A stretch of 32,000 nt of DNA from assembly GCF_000621645.1 (NCBI RefSeq), contig NZ_JHXR01000010.1, positions 146,483 to 178,482 on the forward strand. Reading direction: 5' to 3'. Source of the stretch: Vibrio cholerae ATCC 14035 (GTDB taxonomy: Bacteria > Pseudomonadota > Gammaproteobacteria > Enterobacterales > Vibrionaceae). A program made the position numbers and the translations under genes. Every line of letters begins with the position of its first letter. The stretch's first letter is position 1. Below, piece after piece: positions 8,176-17,005 of this stretch. The notes under the pieces were generated by a model. That model was given only the letters and a program-made list of their open reading frames with translations, was not told where the DNA came from and made no database searches.

Positions 8176-9693
8176 ATGACGAGCATGAAATCGCCTAAGG
8201 ACGACTGTATTTTGGACAAAAGCCAATATCTTCTTGAACTAGAAATAGAGCAGCTCAGATCACGCATCGAATCTGAGCCTGAGAAGGTATTCGTCCAAGC
8301 GGAACAGTGCTTAATCCGAGCTCGGCAAATTCACTTTACCTCAGCGATTATCGAATCTTTGATCATTATGTCCCGCTGCCTCTGGTGCAAAATGGACTAT
8401 CGCACAGGGTTTAAGTACATCAAAGAGGCTTACCAAAATCAGCTCAATCTTGAGACGGACCATTTCCTGCCTGAGATTCTGCATATCCATGCCTTACATC
8501 ATTGGGGACAAGCCAAATACTACACCGCCCAACAATTTTGGATTAATGCCTTAGAGCAGTCCGCACTCGTGGATGAACCAGAGATTGAGTGCCTGATTGG
8601 CCTTGGTAACATCTGGCGGATCACGGGCGAATATAAACTCGCATGTTCCACCCACGAACTGGCCGTCAAAGTTGCCAATAACACCCGCATTGATTGGCTG
8701 GAAGGCAAAGCGCGAATTTTGTGGGCATGGGATCTGTACCATCTCAATCAGTACGTGGATATGCTGACCGTGCTCGATGGCGCTGAAGAGGTGCTGCAAA
8801 ACAACAGCAATGTGACATGGCAAGCCGAAGTGTGGGACTTCCGTGGGCTGGCTCTGCTTGGCTTAGAGCGGCTTGAAGATGCTGAAGAAGCCACTCGCAA
8901 AGCCCATGAACTGGCGGTTGAAAATAATCTCACTTGGATGAAAGCGCACTCGTTTATCAGCCGCGCTCGTCTAGAACTGCTGCGTAAAAATTTCTCGGTG
9001 GCTGCCGAGCTGCTCAGCAGTGCGGAAAAAGCGGCCAGTTCATTCGATAACGGCGAGCTTCTTTCGCAGATCTGTTATCAACAATCCCGCGTTGCAGAAG
9101 AAAATGGCGACCCTCAGGCGGCCTTAACCGCGTTTAAAAAATACCGTCGCTACACGGTGATGATGCTGCGAGAACAAACTCTGCGCGTGGGCATGGACAA
9201 AGCCCGCTCATCGAAACGCCAACTTGAGCAGCGAGCGCGCAAACTGATCAACCGAATTCGTGGTCAACACGAGTTTGACCCGGAAAAACATCTCTCCAAC
9301 GTGGTATCGGAAACCTATTGGTGGGAACAATTGGTACTGTTCAAAACCGAGCTGAAAAAATCCAATCATGCCGTTGTCGTCATCCAGCATCCCAACGCCA
9401 AATACATTGATGTGTGCACCGAAGTGATTCACTCACTCTGCGCTCCGCAAGATTTACTGTCACGGATCAGCAGCGACCGCTTGGGGCTATTGCTGGCCGA
9501 AAAAGGTGATGCTGCACTCGAAATATTCCAAGTGATGGCCAAAATGATTGAAATTTATCCTTGGCACCGTAAGGGATTAGATGGACCACTCCCCAAAATC
9601 ATGCTGCAAGATATTCTGTCCTTCCCGTTTACGCTGGAACAGTTGATTGGTAGCCAAGCACAGGAAAAGTCGTATGGAAACCCTGCTCAATAA
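8176..9693 (+). CDS. TPR-like helical-repeat protein with a degenerate (inactive-looking) GGDEF-like C-terminal domain
   Basis: 505 aa. The N-terminal ~330 aa are helical repeats, followed by a coiled coil. The C-terminus aligns by eye with the next protein's GGDEF domain but has SSDRL in place of GGEEF, and lacks the DxLTxLxNRR and DIDxFKxxND motifs. Confidence 0.75.
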   Translation: MTSMKSPKDDCILDKSQYLLELEIEQLRSRIESEPEKVFVQAEQCLIRARQIHFTSAIIESLIIMSRCLWCKMDYRTGFKYIKEAYQNQLNLETDHFLPEILHIHALHHWGQAKYYTAQQFWINALEQSALVDEPEIECLIGLGNIWRITGEYKLACSTHELAVKVANNTRIDWLEGKARILWAWDLYHLNQYVDMLTVLDGAEEVLQNNSNVTWQAEVWDFRGLALLGLERLEDAEEATRKAHELAVENNLTWMKAHSFISRARLELLRKNFSVAAELLSSAEKAASSFDNGELLSQICYQQSRVAEENGDPQAALTAFKKYRRYTVMMLREQTLRVGMDKARSSKRQLEQRARKLINRIRGQHEFDPEKHLSNVVSETYWWEQLVLFKTELKKSNHAVVVIQHPNAKYIDVCTEVIHSLCAPQDLLSRISSDRLGLLLAEKGDAALEIFQVMAKMIEIYPWHRKGLDGPLPKIMLQDILSFPFTLEQLIGSQAQEKSYGNPAQ

Positions 9694-11254
9694 GATCAAA
9701 GAAGCGGGACTGGATGCGGCCGCTGTCGCTGGTGAAGAGGCGATCATTTTCTGGAACCATGTCAGACAGCACGTGGCAACCACCGCCCAAGAGCGCGCAC
9801 AAAGCTACATCATCAGCGCCGAATACCGCCGCGAAATGAAACAGTGGCAAACCAGTATTGAAGAGCTGCGCGCTGCTCTTTCCCTATTAGAGTTACCCGC
9901 GGATCTGGAATTAATGCTCTCGGTCAAACACAGTTTGAGTGAGCGTTTACTCGACCATGGTGAATATGTCGCGGCACTGTCTGAATACGTGGCGATATCC
10001 AACATCGCCGTTGAGCATGGCATGATTGATGACTACGTACTTGCGGTGCTCGGAATGGGCAATTTATGTGATGCTTATGGCGATCACAGCCGTGCGTTAC
10101 GCTACTACCAAAAGATTGACAGCATAGATCATGCGATTTCTAGCCGCTCACTGCGCCTGCGTTACAAACTGTATATGCTGGCTTGCTACATCAGCCTTGG
10201 TCGTTATGCAGCGGCCAATGATCTGATAAAAGAGTGTGATGAGTTGAGCATTCTGGTCAGCGATAAACTGCTGACTGGGCAGATCATGCTCTATCAAGCC
10301 AAGCTTTATCTGCAACAAGGCAAAGTGCAAAAGGCGATGATGACACTCGCCAATGCACAGTATTCGTCATCGCTGACACCATCGGATTGGCTATCAAGCA
10401 TGCTACGCATCGAGTTAGCGCATTGCCTCTCTAAAGCAGGTAAGGCACATTTTGCGACCATGCTGCTGAGTAGCACCGAAAAGCGCTTACAAAACATTCA
10501 TTCCCCTTTCCTTGAAAAACGCCTCTATGAAGCGTTCAGCGAAGTGTGTGAACTTGAAGGAATGTACAAAACCGCACTGGTTTACGAAAAGAAAGCATTT
10601 CGCATCGAAAGCGATTTAATGAAGCAGATCCCCATCAGTGAATTAGGCCCAATTCAGCTGCGCCGCCTGTCGCGCTTTGAGCTGCAACTTAAACTGATTT
10701 TGTCGGAATTAGAAAATCGTGAGCTTAAAGAAACCACCGAAAGCCAAAAGAATACGGTGTTGCAACTACAGCAAGATGTGTTCACCGATCCACTGACAAA
10801 ACTGCATAACCGCCGTTGGTTGGACGTGAAGCTGAAAGATCTGCTGCTGCACGAAACCCCGTTTGCTTTCTTAGTCGTTGATATTGACCACTTTAAATCG
10901 ATCAATGATGAATTGAGTCATTTGGTAGGGGATAAAGCGATTGTCAATGTATCCAGTGAACTGGCGAGTTACTTTAAATTCCGTGGTGCCTCCTGCGTAC
11001 GTTTCGGTGGCGAGGAATTTCTGGTGATTTTGGAAAACGTCACCAGTGATATGGCACAAATGCATGCCGAAACCTATCGCCAACGTATTTTTGATTTCCC
11101 ATGGCAAGACGTACTTGGCGAACGGGGACTGACGGTCAGTATCGGTATCACCTTGCATCGCGAGGGGGAAAATACCCAACGTACGTTCTACCGCGCTGAC
11201 AAAGCTTTGTATCGCGCCAAAGCCAATGGCCGTAACCAAGTGTGTGTTGAGTAG
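9674..11254 (+). CDS. TPR-like helical-repeat diguanylate cyclase (GGDEF domain, GGEEF active site)
   Basis: DPLTKLHNRRWL, VVDIDHFKSINDELSHLVGDKAI, RFGGEEFLVIL, YRADKALYRAKANGRN. There is no RxxD I-site 5 residues upstream of GGEEF (sequence FRGASCVRF). I prefer the ATG at 9674 (AGGAAA 7 nt upstream), a 20-nt overlap with the upstream gene. The track start at 9647 would overlap by 47 nt. Confidence 0.85.
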   Translation: METLLNKIKEAGLDAAAVAGEEAIIFWNHVRQHVATTAQERAQSYIISAEYRREMKQWQTSIEELRAALSLLELPADLELMLSVKHSLSERLLDHGEYVAALSEYVAISNIAVEHGMIDDYVLAVLGMGNLCDAYGDHSRALRYYQKIDSIDHAISSRSLRLRYKLYMLACYISLGRYAAANDLIKECDELSILVSDKLLTGQIMLYQAKLYLQQGKVQKAMMTLANAQYSSSLTPSDWLSSMLRIELAHCLSKAGKAHFATMLLSSTEKRLQNIHSPFLEKRLYEAFSEVCELEGMYKTALVYEKKAFRIESDLMKQIPISELGPIQLRRLSRFELQLKLILSELENRELKETTESQKNTVLQLQQDVFTDPLTKLHNRRWLDVKLKDLLLHETPFAFLVVDIDHFKSINDELSHLVGDKAIVNVSSELASYFKFRGASCVRFGGEEFLVILENVTSDMAQMHAETYRQRIFDFPWQDVLGERGLTVSIGITLHREGENTQRTFYRADKALYRAKANGRNQVCVE

Positions 11255-11388
11255 GCTGAGCAGCATTTGTACGATGTGATCGCGTCTGAATATTATATGA
11301 CGGGTGATCGAACTTCTATTATGGATTGGTGTCTAGTGGTTTCTGGCCACTTGGCCATTGTGCTTAACTTCCTCTAAAGGACTATTTC

Positions 11389-11778
11389 ATGTTTCTTGAT
11401 TATTTTGCACTCGGGTTGCTGATCTTCGTCGCCCTAGTGATTTTCTACGGAATTATTGTTATCCACGACATCCCTTACGAAATTGCCAAAGAACGCGAAC
11501 ACCCACACCAAGATGCCATTCATTATGCAGGCTGGGTAAGTTTATTCACTTTGCACGCCCTTTGGCCATTTTTGTGGATTTGGGCAACATTATGGCGCAA
11601 AGAACGTGGCTGGGGATTTCAGAAATTGGAAGCCGAGCAACATGATATTCACCATCGAGTCGACGTTTTGATTGATGAAGTAAAACAATTGCGTACCGAA
11701 CTAGAGACGTTAAAAACTTCTTCTCTCTCAGTACCTAAATCTACCCCTGCGGCATCAACATCAGAGGAGAAGCAATAA
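11389..11778 (+). CDS. DUF3302 (YiaW-like) small inner-membrane protein
   Basis: MFLDYFALGLLIFVALVIFYGIIVIHDIPYEIAKEREHPHQDAIHYAGWVSLFTLHALWPFLWIWATLW matches my memory of E. coli YiaW. Two TM helices are followed by a C-terminal coiled coil. Its TAA shares one base with the next ATG (TAATG). Confidence 0.7.
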   Translation: MFLDYFALGLLIFVALVIFYGIIVIHDIPYEIAKEREHPHQDAIHYAGWVSLFTLHALWPFLWIWATLWRKERGWGFQKLEAEQHDIHHRVDVLIDEVKQLRTELETLKTSSLSVPKSTPAASTSEEKQ

Positions 11779-12908
11779 TGGATTTACTGCTGATCCTGAC
11801 TTACACCGCCCTGTGTGTTGCAGTTTTTAAGGTTTTCAAAATTCCACTCAATAAGTGGACAGTGCCCACCGCAGTGCTCGGCGGCGTGATACTGATTGGA
11901 ACCCTGATCTTGCTGATGAACTACAACCACCCTTTTACTCAGTTGGGAAGCCAAGTCTATTCGACTACTCCGATTGTGTCTGGAGTACGAGGACGGGTGG
12001 TGGAAGTTCCTGTGAAACCAAACCAGCCACTGACACAAGGTGATGTTCTGTTCCGTATTGATCCTATCCCCTTCGAGGCTGACGTTGCTCGCTTAAAAGC
12101 CAAAGTCAAAGAAGCGAGTCAAGGGGCCTTGGGGTTAGAGTCTACTTTAAAAGAGGCGCAAGCGGCTGTACTCAAAGCCATCGCAGAGCGAGACAAAGCG
12201 CAACGTGAATATGATCGTTATCAACGTGGTTATCAACGTGGCGCATTTACTGAACAGCAAATGGATACCACTCGCCAAACTTACAAAGCCGCGCAAGCCG
12301 CCTTGGAGGTTGCACAGTCAAAACAAGAGCAAGCCCAAATCGCTTTAGATTCGGAAGTCGGTGGTGAAAATACCACGGTCGCTCAGCTCTTAGCGGAACT
12401 GCGTAAAGCGGAATTCGATTTGGAGCAAACCATCGTGCGTGCCCCAACGGATGGCTATGTTACTCAGTTGGCTTTGCGTCCGGGCATGATGTCTGTCCCT
12501 TTGCCTCTGGCTCCTGTCATGACTTTTGTGCATACGGAAGAGAAAATCTACACTGCGGCTTTCCGCCAAAACTCTCTACAACGTCTACAACCGGGATTTG
12601 CCGCTGAATTTATGTTCCGCGCACTGCCAGGTAAGGTATTTAAAGGAGAGGTGATTGAAGTGCTACCCGCGATCGGAGAAAGCCAAATCCAAGCCCGTGG
12701 TGCTTTACTTGGGACAGACGCGCTCAGAACCTCTGGACGCGTTTTTGTAACGCTGCGCATTACTGATGATTTATCGCAGTACCATCTGCCTATGGGTTCC
12801 GCGGTTGAAGTCGCGGTGTACTCTGACAGCTTTGAACATGTTTCTATCATGCGAAAAGTACTTATCCGCATGAAAAGTTGGCAGAACTACCTCTACCTCG
12901 ATCACTGA
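11778..12908 (+). CDS. HlyD-family membrane-fusion/adaptor protein (YiaV-like)
   Basis: N-terminal TM. Lipoyl-like hairpin VSGVRGRVVEVPVKPNQPLTQGDVLFRID. Long coiled coil, then the second half of the barrel (IVRAPTDGYVTQLALRPGMM). Confidence 0.85.
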   Translation: MDLLLILTYTALCVAVFKVFKIPLNKWTVPTAVLGGVILIGTLILLMNYNHPFTQLGSQVYSTTPIVSGVRGRVVEVPVKPNQPLTQGDVLFRIDPIPFEADVARLKAKVKEASQGALGLESTLKEAQAAVLKAIAERDKAQREYDRYQRGYQRGAFTEQQMDTTRQTYKAAQAALEVAQSKQEQAQIALDSEVGGENTTVAQLLAELRKAEFDLEQTIVRAPTDGYVTQLALRPGMMSVPLPLAPVMTFVHTEEKIYTAAFRQNSLQRLQPGFAAEFMFRALPGKVFKGEVIEVLPAIGESQIQARGALLGTDALRTSGRVFVTLRITDDLSQYHLPMGSAVEVAVYSDSFEHVSIMRKVLIRMKSWQNYLYLDH

Positions 12909-12915
12909 TCGCCTG

Positions 12916-13042
12916 TATACCCAAACGACTTGGAGTTGCAGGTAGGCGGCAGAGCGTTCATCCCCATGAGCATAGATACACACTGTGATTGGGGGGAACG
13001 AACGTAGCCAACACCGCTGCAGCTTCAAGTAGGAAGGGGATA
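12916..13042 (+). repeat. ERIC element, canonical length of about 127 bp
   Basis: TATACCCAAACGACTTGGAGTTGCAGGTAGGCGGCAGAGCGTTCATCCCCATGAGCATAGATACACACTGTGATTGGGGGGAACGAACGTAGCCAACACCGCTGCAGCTTCAAGTAGGAAGGGGATA. It is an imperfect palindrome that matches the ERIC consensus as I recall it. Confidence 0.85.
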
Positions 13043-13053
13043 GAGTCATCGCC

Positions 13054-13080
13054 AAAGCCGCTCAATCGAGCGGCTTTTTT
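13054..13080 (+). terminator. Rho-independent terminator after the yiaWV-like pair
   Basis: AAAGCCGCTC-AATC-GAGCGGCTTT followed by TTT GTT. There is no T-tract on the opposite strand. Confidence 0.75.
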
Positions 13081-13102
13081 GTTGGCTTTGTCGGCTTACT
13101 GT

Positions 13103-16100
13103 TTATTTTGAAGAGATCTCGAGCAGCAGGGCTTCTACGGCGGCAGCCAACTGGCGATCCTCGCCGGCGACAACCGATTCCGGATCGTTATAAACCAAAA
13201 TATCTGGGATGATTTCTTGGTTTTCAAACCAACGACCTTGCTCATCCTTGATACCGAGTTGCGGCACTCCGTAAATCAATCCGGGCTCTTGTTGCTGCTC
13301 CCAAATCACTGCCGTGCCAGTACCGGGAACCCTTTCGCCCACTAGCTTTCCTAGCCCTTCTTTTTGATAGAAATACGGTACGATCGAACCGTCTGAATAA
13401 CTGTCTGCGTTGGCGAGCATAATGCTCGGTTTCGCCCAGCGACGTTCAGGGAAAGAGGAGACTACATAACCATCACGTGTCTGCATGACTGAATGTCGCG
13501 TTCCAGACAATATCTCCATCACTTGATCATGCAGCCAACCTCCAGCATTAAAACGCACGTCGACCACTAAGCCGAGTTTGTCTTTTTCAAGGCCAAACAT
13601 GTCATTTTGCATCTGCTCAAAACTGGCAGCATCCATCGCGGCAAGATGCACATAGCCAAGGCGTCCATCGGAGAGCGTCTCCACTAAGGCTCGGCGCTGT
13701 TCAACCCACTGCTCATAAAGCAGCTCACTTTCCTCTTCAAGAGTGATCGGCACTAACGTAAAGTTCTGCGCTTTCTCCTCCCCCGGTACCAGCACACTTA
13801 AACGAGTTAATTTACCTTGGGTAAAATTCAGGAACGGATAAATATCCTGTTGATCGCTAATTTCTTTCCCGTTTACGGAGTAAATAATCGCTCCTGCCTT
13901 GATCGGAGATTGATAAGTATCTGCAGGGCCTCCGGGTAGCAGTGATTTCACACGCACGCCCTTACCTCGGTAACGATCATCATAGTAAAGCCCTAAGGAT
14001 GCGGGCTCCTCCCAACTGGAGTTACCAGCCATAAAGAAGGCTCCTGTATGGGAGACATTCAAATCCCCGACCATTTCACTCAGTAACTCGGCAAAATCGC
14101 TGTAGGTACGGATGCTCGGCAGATGTTTACGATACAAATCACCGTACTGTTGCCAATCTACACCATGCATTTGCGGGTCATAAAATTTGGTTTGAGTAAG
14201 TCGCCAGACATGATCAAACAAGTAGGCGATTTCTGCACGAAAATCGAAATTAGCCTTGGCTTCATAACGAACAAACTTGCTCTCACCCGTCAAGACATTC
14301 AGATTCTCGATACCGTGCTCCCCCATGATTAGAAGGCTCGCATCATCAGAAGCCATCGCAAGTAAAGCCGCATCTTCACTCAAGCGGTTAAACAGCGCCG
14401 TCATCTCCCCACTGCGCAGATTGATTTCTGAAATTTGTACTGAGTCTCCCAACTGATAAGCGATGATCAGTGCTTGGTTATCGTGCGTTAAGTGCTTGAA
14501 AATAATATTGAGTGAGGTAGGAGTCATACGCATAGTGCGCTGCTTAAGCCCTTTATTTTCCACCACCGTTAACTCTGCTGGTGGGTTTTGGCCAGGCCCA
14601 AGGTTTTTCTCCGCAGCGATTTCCTCTTCAAGCCACAACTGCTCTTGGGTTTTATTGAAATTGAATTTGGCTTCGCGATTGAGCGCAACACCGTACACAT
14701 CATACTGCACCACCATATCATCAATATCGCGCAAACCTTTCGCATCGGTTAGCCAGTAAACCCACTGTCCATCGGCACTAAATTGTGGGGCAAACTCAGA
14801 AAAACCACTTTGGCTCAAATTGATAGGCGCTTCACTTCCATCAAATTTAAGTAGCTGAATGTCGCCATTCGACATCGCCCGATCGCGAGTGACGATATAC
14901 TCACTATCTGGCGACCACTGGTAACTCAGATCTTTGTCGAAATACGAGTAGAGGGCATGAGCATCCAGCAAGGTATAGGTTTTATCTTGTTCGATGTCAT
15001 ACACTTTGAGCGTATTACGATTCTCGCGATAAACAATCCGTTTAAGATTAGGAGAATAGAGTGGCTGAATGACATCTTGCTCCGTCGTCAGCACCGGCTC
15101 TTCGATAATATCCAATGAGGAGGAGAAGCTTTTCCCACCATCATTCACATAACTTTGATAAAGATTCCAACTGCCCTCACGCTCAGAAGCGTAGATCAAA
15201 CGATACCCATCACTGGAAAAGGAAACATCGCGCTCCGCTTCTGGTGTATCGGTGATTCGTTGCGTTAAACCGGAAAGCAAAGAGACCACATACACATCGC
15301 CACGTGCCACAATCGCCACTTCAGCGGCATTCGGCGCGACCACCATTTCCGTGGCTTCAAGGTTAAAATTCACATTATGACGGCCATCAGGCATCGCGCT
15401 GCGACGAATGGAGACCGGCACTTTTTCTGCTTGCTTAGCTCCGGCTTTCAGTCGCCAAATTTCGCCATCAAAACCGTAGGCCAAATCGCCTTGTAAGCTG
15501 GCACTTAAGAAACGAACAGGCAGCTTTTGGTGGTCGGTGATTTGTACGGGTTCTGAACCATCAAATCGCTGCTGCCAGACGTTGAAACTGCCCGCTTGTT
15601 CAGACAGATAGTACATAGAGGAGCCATCTGCACTCCACACAGGGTTGCGGTCTTCGCCACGAAAAGTGGTGATTTGGGTATGTTTGCCCGTGAGCGGGGA
15701 CCATTGCCAAATGTCACGTGTAGCATCGGATAGCGCACCTTTACGCCACGGCTGTTCATCAGAGGGTTGATTGGTATACAGGATGTCACTATGGGAAGGC
15801 GATATGGCTAAATCACTGATGGCAATAGGTAAAACGCGTTGCTCACGTCCTCCCGCTGCAGGCACCGAGTAAAGCTGAGCCATAAAGCTGCCCTGTTTAA
15901 CGTTCGCATTGGCTTTATCATCGCCCAGTCGGCGAGAAGAGAAATAGAGCTGCTGACCATCAGCCGAAAACGCATACGGAATATCTTTCGCTCCGTGGTA
16001 GGTCAAGCGCCGACTCTCACCACCTTGGATCGAGAGAATAAAAACATCACCAAGACCATATCGATCAGCCGTAAAAGCGATCGATTGGCTGTCAGGTGAC

Positions 16101-16357
16101 CAAATCGGCGTTTCGCTGTACACACCGCTTTCGGTGAGCGCCACGGCATCACCGCCTTGAGCCGGCACCAGCCAAATTTGACCTGCATAAGTAAACGCTA
16201 TCTTTTGACCATCGGGGGACAACGCAATATCCCTCAACCAAGTCGGCCGAGCCTGCGTGGAATCTTCAGTCTGGTTGGAGCTTGCAAAACCAAGATTCGG
16301 TATCGCACACAACGTTAGCGAGAGCACTGAGCTCAGAGCAAAATGCGGCAAATGCAT
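13103..16357 (-). CDS. Secreted tricorn-protease-like peptidase (TolB-type beta-propellers + PDZ + S41 C-terminal peptidase domain)
   Basis: 1084 aa. Signal peptide MHLPHFALSSVLSLTLCAIPNLGFA. Repeated SPDG/SADG propeller blades (ALSPDGQKIAFTYAGQIWLVP, WSPDSQSIAFT, FSADGQQLYFS, WSADGSSMYY). PDZ-like GVRVKSLLPGGPA. S41-like LVVDVRFNAGGWLHD. Confidence 0.85.
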   Translation of the reverse strand: MHLPHFALSSVLSLTLCAIPNLGFASSNQTEDSTQARPTWLRDIALSPDGQKIAFTYAGQIWLVPAQGGDAVALTESGVYSETPIWSPDSQSIAFTADRYGLGDVFILSIQGGESRRLTYHGAKDIPYAFSADGQQLYFSSRRLGDDKANANVKQGSFMAQLYSVPAAGGREQRVLPIAISDLAISPSHSDILYTNQPSDEQPWRKGALSDATRDIWQWSPLTGKHTQITTFRGEDRNPVWSADGSSMYYLSEQAGSFNVWQQRFDGSEPVQITDHQKLPVRFLSASLQGDLAYGFDGEIWRLKAGAKQAEKVPVSIRRSAMPDGRHNVNFNLEATEMVVAPNAAEVAIVARGDVYVVSLLSGLTQRITDTPEAERDVSFSSDGYRLIYASEREGSWNLYQSYVNDGGKSFSSSLDIIEEPVLTTEQDVIQPLYSPNLKRIVYRENRNTLKVYDIEQDKTYTLLDAHALYSYFDKDLSYQWSPDSEYIVTRDRAMSNGDIQLLKFDGSEAPINLSQSGFSEFAPQFSADGQWVYWLTDAKGLRDIDDMVVQYDVYGVALNREAKFNFNKTQEQLWLEEEIAAEKNLGPGQNPPAELTVVENKGLKQRTMRMTPTSLNIIFKHLTHDNQALIIAYQLGDSVQISEINLRSGEMTALFNRLSEDAALLAMASDDASLLIMGEHGIENLNVLTGESKFVRYEAKANFDFRAEIAYLFDHVWRLTQTKFYDPQMHGVDWQQYGDLYRKHLPSIRTYSDFAELLSEMVGDLNVSHTGAFFMAGNSSWEEPASLGLYYDDRYRGKGVRVKSLLPGGPADTYQSPIKAGAIIYSVNGKEISDQQDIYPFLNFTQGKLTRLSVLVPGEEKAQNFTLVPITLEEESELLYEQWVEQRRALVETLSDGRLGYVHLAAMDAASFEQMQNDMFGLEKDKLGLVVDVRFNAGGWLHDQVMEILSGTRHSVMQTRDGYVVSSFPERRWAKPSIMLANADSYSDGSIVPYFYQKEGLGKLVGERVPGTGTAVIWEQQQEPGLIYGVPQLGIKDEQGRWFENQEIIPDILVYNDPESVVAGEDRQLAAAVEALLLEISSK

Positions 16358-16447
16358 CGCCTTTCCTTATCAATATGTTGAGTTTCAACAATAAGCTACC
16401 TCAATATGACTAGGACGTCTAAATCATTTAAAGCCAGCGATGCTCTT

Positions 16448-16575
16448 TATACCCTTCCTACTTGAAGCTGCAGCGGTGTTGGCTACGCTCGTTCACCCCA
16501 ATCACATAGTTTGCCTATGCTCATGAGGATTCACTCACTTGCCGCCTACCTGCAACTCCAAGTTGTTTGGGTATA
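16448..16575 (-). repeat. ERIC element, about 128 bp, inverted relative to the copy at 12916-13042
   Basis: The end ...GAGGATTCACTCACTTGCCGCCTACCTGCAACTCCAAGTTGTTTGGGTATA closely matches the ERIC consensus end as I recall it (GGGGATTCACTCACTTGCCGCCTTCCTGCAACTCGAATTATTTAGGGTATA). Confidence 0.85.
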
Positions 16576-16589
16576 GCATGACCCTTTCA

Positions 16590-16874
16590 CTAGGGACGAT
16601 GACGCAAATGCTGCCACTCAGGATGACGCTCAAGATAATGTGCGACATAACTACAGACGGGCACAATCGTTAAACCCGCACGTTCAATTTCAGGCAACAC
16701 ACTTTCCATCATCACTTTGCCGTATCCCTTACCTTGCAGCTCATCCGGTACACGGGTTGAGGTAATATGCAGCACCGTTCCCTGCTGCTGATATTTCACT
16801 ACGGCTTGATATTCCCCTTCCAAAGCCACGCGATAACAGTGGTTATTGGCATCATGTTGCACTGTATTTGCCAT
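16590..16874 (-). CDS. Small GNAT-like acetyltransferase-fold protein (YjdJ-like, about 94 aa)
   Basis: LHITSTRVPDELQGKGYGKVMMESVLPEIERAGLTIVPVCSYVAHYLERHPEW shows the Q/RxxGxG/A acetyl-CoA loop and the conserved C-terminal CSY...HPE pattern of the minimal GNAT family. Confidence 0.7.
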   Translation of the reverse strand: MANTVQHDANNHCYRVALEGEYQAVVKYQQQGTVLHITSTRVPDELQGKGYGKVMMESVLPEIERAGLTIVPVCSYVAHYLERHPEWQHLRHRP

Positions 16875-17005
16875 GCTTACTCCTTTTCTGATAGATAGAT
16901 CAAATTAGTTGGTGACTCGCTGAATTGAATCTACACTTATCTCACCATAGAATTCAATGGACTCTACGACCCCATCGACGTCGTATCGCAACACGGAGAA
17001 GTTAA

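Noticed and set aside
10871-11266. 131-aa minus-strand ORF antisense to the GGDEF domain
   Set aside because: The opposite strand encodes all canonical GGDEF motifs, and this ORF has none.
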